The translations under genes and the position numbers were made by a program. From Gammaproteobacteria bacterium (GTDB lineage: Bacteria > Pseudomonadota > Gammaproteobacteria > Ga0077536), in assembly GCA_043744805.1 (NCBI GenBank), contig JAYTTZ010000131.1, forward strand, positions 5,290 to 69,289: a stretch of 64,000 nucleotides of DNA, given 5' to 3'. The notes beneath the pieces were generated by a model. The model was given only the letters and a program-made list of their open reading frames with translations, had not been told where the DNA came from and made no database searches. Shown piece after piece: positions 28,976 to 38,354 of the stretch (position 1 is its first letter; each line of letters begins with the position of its first letter).

Positions 28976-31093
28976 TCAGACCGTGCGCTGGGCGTCGGTG
29001 TCGATGACGAAGTTGCGGAGCGCGTCCACTTCCACGCGCTGGCCCGGATGGATCACGATGGACGTGGTGGTGGTTTCGATGACGCAGGGGCCGTCGATCA
29101 CATTGCCCGGCAACAGCGCGTATCCGTTGTAGATCGGGCTGGGAGCGGATTTCTTCCATTCAGCCCAGTAAATCGCACGTTCGCCGGTCCTGGCCTGTGC
29201 AGGGAGCTCCAGGGTGAGTTCGGTTGCGGCGACGAGGCTGGGCTTGCGCGAATGGGCGCTGGCCCTGACGCGGAAGGTCACGCATTCGAGGCGGGCGCCC
29301 GGCAGCGAAGCGCCACGACCATAGAGTTGCTCGTAGCGACGCACGAAACGTCCCCGCAGATCGTCCAGATCGGCGTCCGTCAGGTGGTCCTTGTCGACTT
29401 CAACTTCCACTTCGTTGATCTGGCCGCGGTGACGCATGTCGATCGAACAATGGTAGGTCTGTTCCGCTGCCGGCACGCCGTCTTCGTCCAGCTGCGCATG
29501 GCCCTTGGCCGCCAGTTCCGCCAGCACCGCATTGATGCTGCCGACCGCGAAGGGCGAGGACATGATCCGAACCTGTTCGTTGACGTGCAGGGTGTCGGCC
29601 GAGGCTGCGCCAAACGCGCACCAGGTCGAGGCCGTATCACCCTGTGGCACCACCACACGCTTGATGCCCGCTTCGCGGGCCGTCACCGCCATGTGCACGG
29701 GGCCCGCGCCGCCGAAGGCGAAGAGTACGAATTCCCGTGGGTCGAGGCCCTTCTGGATGGTGGCCTTGCGCACGAGGTCCGCCATCTGGAACTCTGCGAT
29801 CTGGGCCACGCCGCTGGCGAGTTCCAGCAGGCTCATGCCGAGTTCGTCGGCCAGCAGTTGCAGGCCGTGCGCCGCGCCTTTACGGTCGAGCTTCATGGTG
29901 CCGCCGGCGAAGTTCTCGGCGTCGAGGTAACCGAGCACCACGTCGGCGTCGGTGGTGGTGGGCACGTCGCCACCGCGGCCATAGCAGATGGGGCCCGGCA
30001 TGGCGCCCGCGCTCTGCGGACCCACGCGCAAGGTGCGGGTGGTCTTGTCGATCCACACCTTGCTGCCACCGCCCGTGCCCATGGTCTGCACGTCGACCTT
30101 GGGCAGGAAGTATTCGTACTGGTGTACCAGGCTCTTGTAGGAGACCACGGCCTTGCCGTCGTGGATGACGCCGACGTCGAACGAGGTGCCGCCCATGTCG
30201 GTGGTGATGATGTTGGGTTCGCCCATCACCTTGCCGAGGTAGAGCGAACCCGTGACGCCGGACACGGGACCGGAATCAAGCGTGAGCAGCGGCGCCTCGC
30301 GCGCAGTGCGGACCGCAATCGTGCCGCCCGCGCACTGGGTGATCTGCAGCGGCGGCTTGTAGCCCATGTCCTTCAGGCGCTGATCGAGGTTGGTCAGGTA
30401 GTTGACCGTCAGCGGGCCGATGTAGGCGTTCAGCGCAACTGCCGTCGTGCGCTCGTACTCGCCCCACTTGGGCGCGAGTTCGTGCGAGCAGGTGACGTAG
30501 AGCCGGGGCGCGATTTCCGCGGCGATCGCCTTCACCCGCGCTTCGTGCGCCGGCGCGAGGAACGACCAGAGGAAGCACACGGCCAAGGCCTCGATGCCGG
30601 CATCGACCAGCGAGAGGATCGCGGTGCGCACTTCGTCTTCGTTCAGTTGCACCACCACTTTGCCAAAGCAGTCCACGCGTTCCGACACGCCGCGGATGAG
30701 GCGCTTGGGGATGATCGGGTCGGGCTTGCTCGATTCCGGGATATGGACGATGAGCTTGATGTCCTGGCCGGACAGGCCGCGCGAGCCGCGCATGATGTGG
30801 ATGACGTCGTTATGGCCGCGGGTGGTGATGAGCCCCACCTTCGCGCCCTTGCGCTGGATGATGGCGTTGGTCCCTGCCGTGGTGCCGTGGGCGAGCATGG
30901 TAATCGAGCTCAGCAGGGCCGGAAGTTCGAGGCCCACGCGCTCGCCCGCACGGCGCAGGGCTTCCAGCACGCCATCGGCGAAGTTGCCGGGTGTCGAGGG
31001 CGCCTTGGAGATCGTAAGCCGGCCGCCATCGTCCATCAGGACGCAGTCGGTGAAAGTACCTCCGATGTCGAGGCCGCAAAGATAGGAAGGCAT
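28976..31093 (-). CDS. Hydantoinase A / acetone-carboxylase beta-like subunit
   Basis: 705 aa. N-terminal MPSYLCGLDIGGTFTDCVLMD and ...DMGGTSFDVGVIHDG... It lies 13 nt upstream of the B-like gene on the same strand. Confidence 0.8.
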   Translation of the reverse strand: MPSYLCGLDIGGTFTDCVLMDDGGRLTISKAPSTPGNFADGVLEALRRAGERVGLELPALLSSITMLAHGTTAGTNAIIQRKGAKVGLITTRGHNDVIHIMRGSRGLSGQDIKLIVHIPESSKPDPIIPKRLIRGVSERVDCFGKVVVQLNEDEVRTAILSLVDAGIEALAVCFLWSFLAPAHEARVKAIAAEIAPRLYVTCSHELAPKWGEYERTTAVALNAYIGPLTVNYLTNLDQRLKDMGYKPPLQITQCAGGTIAVRTAREAPLLTLDSGPVSGVTGSLYLGKVMGEPNIITTDMGGTSFDVGVIHDGKAVVSYKSLVHQYEYFLPKVDVQTMGTGGGSKVWIDKTTRTLRVGPQSAGAMPGPICYGRGGDVPTTTDADVVLGYLDAENFAGGTMKLDRKGAAHGLQLLADELGMSLLELASGVAQIAEFQMADLVRKATIQKGLDPREFVLFAFGGAGPVHMAVTAREAGIKRVVVPQGDTASTWCAFGAASADTLHVNEQVRIMSSPFAVGSINAVLAELAAKGHAQLDEDGVPAAEQTYHCSIDMRHRGQINEVEVEVDKDHLTDADLDDLRGRFVRRYEQLYGRGASLPGARLECVTFRVRASAHSRKPSLVAATELTLELPAQARTGERAIYWAEWKKSAPSPIYNGYALLPGNVIDGPCVIETTTTSIVIHPGQRVEVDALRNFVIDTDAQRTV

Positions 31094-31211
31094 AGGACTC
31101 TCTTGGTCGTTGGGGAGTGGTTGGAGGGTGCGTCGCGCGTGGGGAGCGAGGCACGGCAGGTGTCGCCCGGATTATACGGTCGTTCAAATTTCCGGCAAGA
31201 CGGGGTGTGGA

Positions 31212-32201
31212 TCAGAACTGCTTGTGCTCGAGGAAATCGTCGATCTGGAGCCCAAGCCCGAGGCGCCGGGCCTCCGCATAGATTGCGAAGCCTGCCACGA
31301 CGTCCTGCAGGCCGGTGCCGACCGACTTGAAGAGGGTGATTTCCTCGTCGCTCGTACGGCCAGGCGCGGCGCCGACGGCGAGCGCGGCCAGTTCGTGGAC
31401 CTTGTCCTGGTCCCACAGGCCCTGCGCCATCGTCTCCAGCACGTCGCCGCATTCTTCTTCGACCTGGTGCAGGGAGTCGACCACCACCCGCGCGGCGCGC
31501 GCGAAGGTGGTCGGGTCGATCTCGCGGAGCTTGCCGCCGGTGGAGCCGATGGAGTTCACGTGCTGGCCGGGCTCCATCCACGCGCCATGGTAGGCGAAGG
31601 CGTTGGCATGGCGGGTGGTGTTGGTGCCGATGACGACGATATCCGCGCCGCGCACCGCCGCTTCAGCGCTGGCGCTGGATTCGATCTCGATACCGAGCTT
31701 GGTGGACATCTCGCGCGCAAAGCGCTCCCGGTTGGCCGGGGTAGGAGAGAAGACGCGCGCGCTGCGGATTTCGCGCACCGCGCACACCGCCTCGAGGTTG
31801 GTGCGGGCTTCAAGTCCCGAGCCGATCACGCCAACGTGGTGGCTATCGGTGCGGGCCAGATAGCGGGTAGCGACACCGGTGGTGGCGCCGGTCCGGGCAC
31901 CTGTCAGCCAGGCAGCATCCATCAGTGCCAGCAGTTCGCCGCTGCGTTCAGCGTAAATGCCGATGAGATACCGCACGCCGTGTTCAACCGATCCGTTGAA
32001 GATCTTGAAGCCCATGAGTCCGCGCCCGCGCATCACGGCGGGCATCACCCGGAAGAAGCCGTTGCTCGTGGCGAGGTTCATGCGCGCCGGGACGTCGACG
32101 AGGTTCGCTGCCTGCTCGCGCACGCCTTCATCAATGAGGTCGACCATCTGGCGCATGTTGGTCGCCGCGCGCACGGCGTCGGGATTGAGGATCAGGGGCA
32201 T
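31212..32201 (-). CDS. Ornithine cyclodeaminase / mu-crystallin family protein
   Basis: About 330 aa from the ATG at 32201, which is preceded by an AAGG SD. Rossmann motif VGVIGSGLEARTNLEA and a C-terminal ...GDV...G......DEEITLFKSVGTGLQD... are typical of the OCD family. Confidence 0.75.
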   Translation of the reverse strand: MPLILNPDAVRAATNMRQMVDLIDEGVREQAANLVDVPARMNLATSNGFFRVMPAVMRGRGLMGFKIFNGSVEHGVRYLIGIYAERSGELLALMDAAWLTGARTGATTGVATRYLARTDSHHVGVIGSGLEARTNLEAVCAVREIRSARVFSPTPANRERFAREMSTKLGIEIESSASAEAAVRGADIVVIGTNTTRHANAFAYHGAWMEPGQHVNSIGSTGGKLREIDPTTFARAARVVVDSLHQVEEECGDVLETMAQGLWDQDKVHELAALAVGAAPGRTSDEEITLFKSVGTGLQDVVAGFAIYAEARRLGLGLQIDDFLEHKQF

Positions 32202-32215
32202 GGGCTTACCTTGTG

Positions 32216-33259
32216 TCAGCAGGGATTGCGGCCAACGAAGAACTCGGCGTCTTCGGATTCGGTGCAAGGCAGGCCGGCGGCGACGAGGCCACCGCGCAGG
32301 CCTTTCATCTGTCGATCGGTGAGTCGCATGGTGGGCGCGCGCAGCGGACCACCATTGAAACCCTGCAGCCAGCCCTGGTACTTCCACAACATGCGATGCA
32401 GGAAATTGCTGCCGGCCAGCACCGCCATCGCGGCGCCGTTGGCGACGCGCGCAGGGTGCAGCGCCCAGTACTTCGCCATGGCCGCGTCATGCTCGCCGCG
32501 CTGGATGAGGGCGAAAATCTCCGGGATGGCCCCGCCGTAGTACTCGTAGTTGCTGGTGCCCATGAAGGGCATCGGCAGCACGGTGGCCAGTGGCAGGCCA
32601 TTGCTTTCAATCGGCTCGATGACGAGCACGCGATCATTGAAACGCCGATAGACGTCCACGAAGCCCCCAACGCTCGGCATGCCGCCTTCGGCCTTGATGG
32701 CGACGATGTTGGGGCAGTCATCCAGCAGGCGCGCAATCAGATCCGGACCGAAGCCGGCGGACGGATGGATGCGTTCGAAGTTCCACAGCGGCACCGGGAA
32801 CAGGATGATGCCGAGTTCGGTCGCCGCGCAGAACTGCTTGGTGTACTGGTAGAGGTCTTCTTCCGAGCGGGGATAGAAATTGGGCGGATAACCCAGCAGC
32901 ACCAGCGTCGCACCGGCCTGTTCACTGCGCTGCACGGCGTCGATGTTGTCGGCCAGCGTGTTGAAGCTCGCGTGGTGGATGAGATGGAACCGACCGGCCG
33001 CCTCGTTCGCTGCGCAGCGCATCAGCCGTTCGTATTCGGGAATGGTGTTGGCGGTTTCCGAGACCAGCAGCGCACCCCAGAACTTGAGCGCGATCTCCAG
33101 CCGGATGTCATGGCGCAGCGCCGCTTCGTTGACAGTGGAGAGATCGGCCGAGCAGGTGGGGTTGACGACGTTGGCCACGCCTTTCATGTGTGCCTGGGCC
33201 CAGGCCCGGGCGGTGTGGCGATCAAAGGCTTGGTGGGGCACGAGAGCGTTCCTTGTCAT
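32216..33259 (-). CDS. DHDPS/N-acetylneuraminate-lyase-family aldolase (possible hydratase-aldolase)
   Basis: 347 aa. TIM-barrel aldolase family with the Schiff-base lysine context ...CPNIVAIKAEGGMPS... The NahE/PhdJ-type hydratase-aldolases belong to this family. Confidence 0.6.
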   Translation of the reverse strand: MTRNALVPHQAFDRHTARAWAQAHMKGVANVVNPTCSADLSTVNEAALRHDIRLEIALKFWGALLVSETANTIPEYERLMRCAANEAAGRFHLIHHASFNTLADNIDAVQRSEQAGATLVLLGYPPNFYPRSEEDLYQYTKQFCAATELGIILFPVPLWNFERIHPSAGFGPDLIARLLDDCPNIVAIKAEGGMPSVGGFVDVYRRFNDRVLVIEPIESNGLPLATVLPMPFMGTSNYEYYGGAIPEIFALIQRGEHDAAMAKYWALHPARVANGAAMAVLAGSNFLHRMLWKYQGWLQGFNGGPLRAPTMRLTDRQMKGLRGGLVAAGLPCTESEDAEFFVGRNPC

Positions 33260-34068
33260 TACAGCGTGAGTTTCAGGCCACCGTCGACGTAGATCGTCTG
33301 GCCGGTGATGTAGCCCGCAGCAGGCGTGGCGAGCAGTAATACGGCTTGGCCAATCTCCTCCGGCGAGGCCCAGTGGCCCAACGGGATGCGGCTCGCGAAC
33401 TCGGCGTCCACCTGTTCGGTAGTGCGCTCGCCGCGCTGTTGCGCCAGGTTGTTGCGCACGCTGAATGATCCCGGGGTTTTCACCGCACCGGGCGCGATGA
33501 CATTGGCGGTGACGCCATGGGTCGCGAACTCGAGTGCAAAGGAGCGCGTGAAAGCTTCGAGGCCCCCTTTGCTGGCGTCGTAGTGCGCCATGCCGACGTA
33601 GCTCTTGGCCGTGTTGATCGAGGACACGTTGATGAGGCGCCCGTGTTTGCCAGCTTTGGACAGCCAGGGGGCTGCGGCGCGTGCGGCGGCGAAGGCGCCG
33701 CGCAGATTCACGTTGATGACGCGGTCCCAGAGTTCCAGCGACATTTCGGAAATCGGGCTCATCGGGTAGATGCCGGCGTTGTTCACCAGGATATCGAGCC
33801 CGCCGAGCGTGCTGGCGGTGAAGGCCACCGCAGCCTCGACATCGGCAGCGTCAGCCATGTCGCAACGTCGCGCCGTCGCCTTCAATCCCCGGCTGCAAAG
33901 GCGCGCGGCAGCTGCCATGGCGGTGGCGTCGTCCACATCTGCCAGGACGACCGTTGCGCCGGCGCCGGCGAGGCTCGCGGCAATGCCTTCGCCGATGCCT
34001 TTGGCGGCGCCCGTCACGAGCGCGACGCGGCCGGTGAGATCCAGCAGTTTACGGGTGGATTCGTCCAT
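33259..34068 (-). CDS. SDR-family oxidoreductase (candidate cis-dihydrodiol dehydrogenase)
   Basis: TGAAKGIG dinucleotide motif, ...NNAG..., and the catalytic YxxxK (MAHYDASKGG). Start at MDESTRK. Confidence 0.85.
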   Translation of the reverse strand: MDESTRKLLDLTGRVALVTGAAKGIGEGIAASLAGAGATVVLADVDDATAMAAAARLCSRGLKATARRCDMADAADVEAAVAFTASTLGGLDILVNNAGIYPMSPISEMSLELWDRVINVNLRGAFAAARAAAPWLSKAGKHGRLINVSSINTAKSYVGMAHYDASKGGLEAFTRSFALEFATHGVTANVIAPGAVKTPGSFSVRNNLAQQRGERTTEQVDAEFASRIPLGHWASPEEIGQAVLLLATPAAGYITGQTIYVDGGLKLTL

Positions 34069-34076
34069 GGCGTGCC

Positions 34077-34574
34077 TCAGAAGAAGAGGGTGAGGTTCTC
34101 GACCACGTCGTGGTCGAACAACACGAGACGCTGTTCGCAGCGCCAGCCCGTGGCTTCCCGACGCCACCAGTCGCGGCGCTCGGCGACGAAAAGGTGTTCG
34201 TCCTGCCCTTCGCGGCTGCGGAACACCATGAGGTTGGACGTGACCCGGATGCGCGCAGCATCCTGCTGGTCGAGCAAACGCACGTTGGACACGCAGTGCC
34301 TGACTCGCGACGGAGGCTCTTCCGCGTGCGCAGCACCAGTGCGCAGGCGCTTCACGCGCAGGTCCAGGGTGAACTTGCTTTCTTCGAAGTGGGTGAGCCG
34401 GGCGGGATTATCGAGGTCCTCCTCGGCGCGTCCGACGTTGGCTCGAACCGGCGCACGGTAGATCACGTCGTCGGTGAAGAGCCCAAGCCAGTCTTCCAGC
34501 CGGTCATTGTCGAGCAGCCAGGCTTCCTCGATCAGCAGTTCCTCGAACTCGAGCCGCAGCGCCGAGAAACTCAT
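34077..34574 (-). CDS. Aromatic ring-hydroxylating dioxygenase beta (small) subunit
   Basis: 165 aa NTF2/SnoaL-like protein (...EEAWLLDNDRLEDWLGLFTDDVIYRAP...). It lies immediately downstream of, and overlaps by 4 nt, a Rieske alpha subunit gene. Confidence 0.8.
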   Translation of the reverse strand: MSFSALRLEFEELLIEEAWLLDNDRLEDWLGLFTDDVIYRAPVRANVGRAEEDLDNPARLTHFEESKFTLDLRVKRLRTGAAHAEEPPSRVRHCVSNVRLLDQQDAARIRVTSNLMVFRSREGQDEHLFVAERRDWWRREATGWRCEQRLVLFDHDVVENLTLFF

Positions 34575-35839
34575 GGGTCCTCCCGCGTCATCACCTCGCG
34601 CCAGAACTCGTAGAAGCCGAACACGCCGATCTCGGTGGACGGCGGATGGATGAGCCCGGGCTTGTTGGCCATGTACTTGCCGTGGCCGGCGCCTTGCTGG
34701 TAGTTGAGCGGATAGTCGCGTCGCACCACGCCGTCCATGGCTTCCACTGCGGACTGCCAGGCGACGCCGTCATCCTGCTCGTAGATGCCGGAAGGCGAGA
34801 AGGTGAGGACCTGCGTCTTGCGTACGATGGCCTCGACTTCCGGAGGGGCGTCGTTCTCCACCAGCCCCCAGGCCCAGGCGTGCATCTGGTGGGTCCCCAT
34901 CGGGTGCCAGACGCGGATGGAGGTGAAGCCGAGGAAGGACAGGATGGAGAAGTTCGGGAACACCGTGCCCACGTGCACGTTGTGCACCAGCTTCTGCTGC
35001 TCAGGGCTCAGGGTTTCCCGGGCTTCTTCCTTGATGCGGGCGAAGAACTCTGCCTGCTCGGGCGGCATCGGCGGCGCCGGGATGTCGAAGTTGATCCAGC
35101 CATGCCCGTTCGGGCACTTCACCTCGAAGTCCTTCTCCCACGGCGAGTCGCCGCGGAAGTCGCCGTCGGTGGGCCCGAGGCCGATCAGCAGCATGCTGCG
35201 ATGGAGCGTGCTGGTGTGGTAGTTGTCGCCGAGGAACTGCTCAGCCGCCAGCTTCCAGTTGCCGCCCAGCCGCCAGCGATGGGTACCCGGCATGCACTTC
35301 ATGCCGTTTCGTGAACGGTTGAGCACGAGGTCGAGGTACCAGCGGAAGTCGCCGAGATAGTCGTCCAGGGAGACGCTGTGCGCATCGAAGTTGGCGAACA
35401 CGAGGCCGCGGAAGCGCTCGACGCGCGGAACTTCAATCAGTCCCCAGGCCGACTTGTCGAGCTCCCCGTGGTAGGCGGTTTCGAACTGCGGCACGCCGCG
35501 CAGCTGGCCTTTGCAGTCGTAACTCCAACCGTGGTAAGGGCAGACGAACAGCGGGTTGTTACCGTGGTCGACGCGGCAGATCTTCGCCCCACGGTGGCGG
35601 CACGAATTGATGAACACGCGGATCTCGAGGTCTTCGCCGCGCACCACGATGACCGGCTCCTCGCCCATGAACGTGGTTAGGAAGTCGCGCGGGTTCGGCA
35701 GCTGGGTTTCGTGCGCGACGAACAGCCAGCACTTGGTGAAAATCTTCTTCTGCTCCGCGCGGTAGACGTCGGCGTCGACGAACACGCGTGGACTGACCGT
35801 CTTTTGGTTGAGGTCGACCAAATCTCCATAGGCGTCCAT
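34571..35839 (-). CDS. Rieske non-heme-iron ring-hydroxylating dioxygenase alpha (large) subunit
   Basis: Rieske 2Fe-2S motif CRHRGAKIC ... CPYHGWSY. Mononuclear-iron region ...DNYHTSTLHRSM... (His-His-Asp ligands). 422 aa from the ATG at 35839. Confidence 0.85.
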   Translation of the reverse strand: MDAYGDLVDLNQKTVSPRVFVDADVYRAEQKKIFTKCWLFVAHETQLPNPRDFLTTFMGEEPVIVVRGEDLEIRVFINSCRHRGAKICRVDHGNNPLFVCPYHGWSYDCKGQLRGVPQFETAYHGELDKSAWGLIEVPRVERFRGLVFANFDAHSVSLDDYLGDFRWYLDLVLNRSRNGMKCMPGTHRWRLGGNWKLAAEQFLGDNYHTSTLHRSMLLIGLGPTDGDFRGDSPWEKDFEVKCPNGHGWINFDIPAPPMPPEQAEFFARIKEEARETLSPEQQKLVHNVHVGTVFPNFSILSFLGFTSIRVWHPMGTHQMHAWAWGLVENDAPPEVEAIVRKTQVLTFSPSGIYEQDDGVAWQSAVEAMDGVVRRDYPLNYQQGAGHGKYMANKPGLIHPPSTEIGVFGFYEFWREVMTREDP

Positions 35840-35859
35840 TGTCGTGGCTCCCTGCCGGG

Positions 35860-36750
35860 TCAAGTCGGGTGGCGGTGACCCCAGATGCTGCCGTTGGTGT
35901 GCAGTTGCGTGCGCCAGGTGCGGTCGTCCACTTCGTTGGCACCCCAGCCATACTCCACGCTGAAGCCCGACGGCGACTGCAGGTAGAAGCTCAGCGCCCC
36001 GTCGTTGGTGTGGCGGCCGAGCGTGAGTTCGATAGGAACCTGCTGGTCCTGGCACAGGTACCAGGCCTGACCCACGTCATCGATGGATTCGACCTGCAGC
36101 ATGAAGTGGTGAAGGCGCTTCGGGAGCTTCATTTCCATGAAGGCAATCGAATGGTGACGGGCATTGCAGCGCAGGAAGGCCAGGTTGATGTTCGCCTCGA
36201 TGCCGCGCTCGGGCTGCGGTCGCACCCAGTCGCTGAGTCGCAGGCCCAGCACGTCGCGGTAGAAGTGGAGGCTGCGATCCAGGCTGTCGACGGTCATGGT
36301 GATGTGTCCAAAGCCGAGATCACCGGTCACGAAGCTCGACATCGCCCGTGGGGAGCGAAACGGATTGGCGCGATCAACCAGCGGACCGCAATAAGCTTCG
36401 GACTTGACGCCGTTGGGATCCTCGAACTCGATTAGCGCCACCACTCGACGGCGATGCAGCGCGCCGCGATCGCCCCGTCGCACGCTGGTGCCGTTGGCTT
36501 CGAGCCTCGCGGCCAAGGCATCGAGTGCGGCCGCGTCGGGCATCTCCCAGCCAAGCAGGCTGAGATCGTCGCGCTCGCCGCGAGTGAGGCAGATGCGCCA
36601 GCTGTAGTCGTCCATTCGCAGGTAGGTCAGGTCTTCGACGGTCTCGGCGCGCAGTCCCAGGATTTCGCTGGCAAACTGCTGCCATCGAGCGGGGTCCGAA
36701 ACGTCAAGGCCAATGTAGCCCAGTTGCGCGGGGCAACGGAAATCGCTCAT
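35860..36750 (-). CDS. Extradiol ring-cleavage dioxygenase (catechol 2,3-dioxygenase / BphC-like, VOC superfamily)
   Basis: 297 aa from MSDFRCPAQLGYIGLDV. Two glyoxalase-like modules, with ...GFGHITMTV... and ...HHFMLQVESIDDV... (metal-binding His). Confidence 0.8.
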   Translation of the reverse strand: MSDFRCPAQLGYIGLDVSDPARWQQFASEILGLRAETVEDLTYLRMDDYSWRICLTRGERDDLSLLGWEMPDAAALDALAARLEANGTSVRRGDRGALHRRRVVALIEFEDPNGVKSEAYCGPLVDRANPFRSPRAMSSFVTGDLGFGHITMTVDSLDRSLHFYRDVLGLRLSDWVRPQPERGIEANINLAFLRCNARHHSIAFMEMKLPKRLHHFMLQVESIDDVGQAWYLCQDQQVPIELTLGRHTNDGALSFYLQSPSGFSVEYGWGANEVDDRTWRTQLHTNGSIWGHRHPT

Positions 36751-36876
36751 GGTGTTCTCCCCTCGGTCAGCGAGGCGAGGCTGCCGACGTGCGCCGCTCA
36801 TCCGGGCTGCCCTCCGTGGAGCGACCCTGGAAATTTTAATGCTTGTACGACTCTCCAGCGCGAAGCTAGCACCCGG
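36751..36876. promoter_or_regulatory. Divergent promoter/operator region between the dioxygenase operon (-) and the TetR operon (+)
   Basis: 126-bp gap. It contains an AT-rich GGAAATTTTAATGC block and partial palindromes (CTGGAAA...TCTCCAG, TTGTACGA). Confidence 0.3.
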
Positions 36877-37554
36877 ATGGATACCCAACAATCCCCCATA
36901 TCAACGAAAAATCGAATCCTCGACGCAGCCGAACGCCTGTTCGCGGAGTCGGGATACGATGGCGTGTCACTGCGCCAGATCACGAAGGAAGCAGGGGTCG
37001 AGCTCGCATTGGCCAACTATCACTTCGGCCCGAAGAGTGCACTGTTCGTTGCGGTAGTGCAGCGGCGTGCGGCCGAACTCAACGCCGCGCGGATGGCCCT
37101 GTTCGAAGCATTGCCGTCACCTCCGACGCTGGACGGCCTCATCGATGCCTTCGCGCGGCCGTTCATGGAGCAGAGCCTGCGCGGCGGACCGGGCTGGAAG
37201 AGCTACGCGCGGCTCATCGCGCAGATTTCGACATCGTCCCGCTGGACCACCGAAGTCATGTCGTCGCAGTTCGACGTAGTGGCGGCGGAGTTCGTGAAAC
37301 GTGCTGGCCTGGCCCTGCCCGGCGCCGACGTGAAGGATCTCTACTGGGGTTTCCATTTCATGCTGGGCGCGATGGTGATTGCCTTCGCTGAAACTGGCAG
37401 GCTTGAAGTGCTTTCGCGCGGCCGCTGCAAGTCGTCCCAGCTCGACCGCCTTTACCAGCGCATGGTGCCGTTCCTCGCCGCCGGCTTCGAACGCATCGCA
37501 CCACCCCGGGCCGCCCCCAAACCAACGCCCAGCAAGCGAGGAAAGAACCCATGA
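36877..37554 (+). CDS. TetR/AcrR-family transcriptional regulator
   Basis: The N-terminal HTH ...ILDAAERLFAESGYDGVSLRQITKEAGVELALANYHF... is the canonical TetR_N domain. ATG at 36877. Its stop overlaps the start of the next gene (ATGA). Confidence 0.85.
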   Translation: MDTQQSPISTKNRILDAAERLFAESGYDGVSLRQITKEAGVELALANYHFGPKSALFVAVVQRRAAELNAARMALFEALPSPPTLDGLIDAFARPFMEQSLRGGPGWKSYARLIAQISTSSRWTTEVMSSQFDVVAAEFVKRAGLALPGADVKDLYWGFHFMLGAMVIAFAETGRLEVLSRGRCKSSQLDRLYQRMVPFLAAGFERIAPPRAAPKPTPSKRGKNP

Positions 37555-38354
37555 ACGGAGCTTTTGCAGCGTCCGGCGTGATCAGCATCACGACCGATTT
37601 CGGCCATCGCGGCGCCTTCGTGGGCACCATGAAAGGCGTGATCCTCCGACGCCTGCGCAACGCGCAGATCGTGGATCTCACCCATGAAATCCACGTGCAC
37701 TGGCCGGCGGAAGCGGGCTTCTGGCTGGAGCGTTCCTATCGCTATTTCCCTGAAGGCAGCGTGCACCTCGCCGTGGTGGATCCCGGGGTGGGGACGGACC
37801 GCAACGTGCTCCTCGCAGTGGGCAACGGGCACGCCTTCCTGGCCCCCGACAACGGGCTGCTCGCGGGTGTCATCGAGCGCAGCCATGCTCAGGTGTACAA
37901 GGTCGACCCGGATCGGCTGCGCGGCTTTGGCATCGACAAGCTGAGTGCCACGTTCCACGGCCGGGACTTGTTTGCGCCACTGGCGGCGGAACTCGCGGCA
38001 GGGAAGATCAACCCAGCGCAGATTGGCACGCTGACCCGCGATTACGTGCCCGAACTCACGGACGCGGCCCATCGCCGCGGTGGGGAGATCCACGGCACGG
38101 TGATCACCACCGATCACTTCGGCAACCTCATCACCAACATCGAGGCCGAGATGCTGGCGCCGCTCAAGGTGCTGGCAGTCCGCGCCGCCGGCCATCGCAT
38201 TCCCTTTCGCCGCACCTACTGCGACGTTGCGCCCGGCAGCCTGCTGGCGCTGGTGAATTCCTGCGAGGTACTGGAAATCGCTGCAGCGGAACAGAACGCG
38301 TCGGCGCTGATTGGCCTCTCGCGAGGTGGACCGGTGGTGGTGGAAGTACAGTGA
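37551..38354 (+). CDS. SAM hydroxide adenosyltransferase family protein (DUF62; SalL/FlA chlorinase/fluorinase-like fold)
   Basis: 267 aa. The N-terminal GVISITTDFGHRGAFVGTMKGV matches the conserved DUF62 start. ...LAVVDPGVGTDR... The size is typical of the family. Confidence 0.75.
   Translation: MNGAFAASGVISITTDFGHRGAFVGTMKGVILRRLRNAQIVDLTHEIHVHWPAEAGFWLERSYRYFPEGSVHLAVVDPGVGTDRNVLLAVGNGHAFLAPDNGLLAGVIERSHAQVYKVDPDRLRGFGIDKLSATFHGRDLFAPLAAELAAGKINPAQIGTLTRDYVPELTDAAHRRGGEIHGTVITTDHFGNLITNIEAEMLAPLKVLAVRAAGHRIPFRRTYCDVAPGSLLALVNSCEVLEIAAAEQNASALIGLSRGGPVVVEVQ

Noticed and set aside
27629-31330. 1233-aa ORF on the + strand
   Set aside because: It is antisense to two strongly supported hydantoinase-family genes. 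Its Arg/Ala/Gly/His-rich low-complexity translation (RRGGHRRRE..., GAGG...) is typical of a shadow frame in GC-rich DNA, and no domain is recognisable.
36454-36876. 5' extension of the TetR ORF (ORF track 36454..37554)
   Set aside because: The extension is antisense to the extradiol dioxygenase gene. The ATG at 36877 precedes a canonical TetR HTH.
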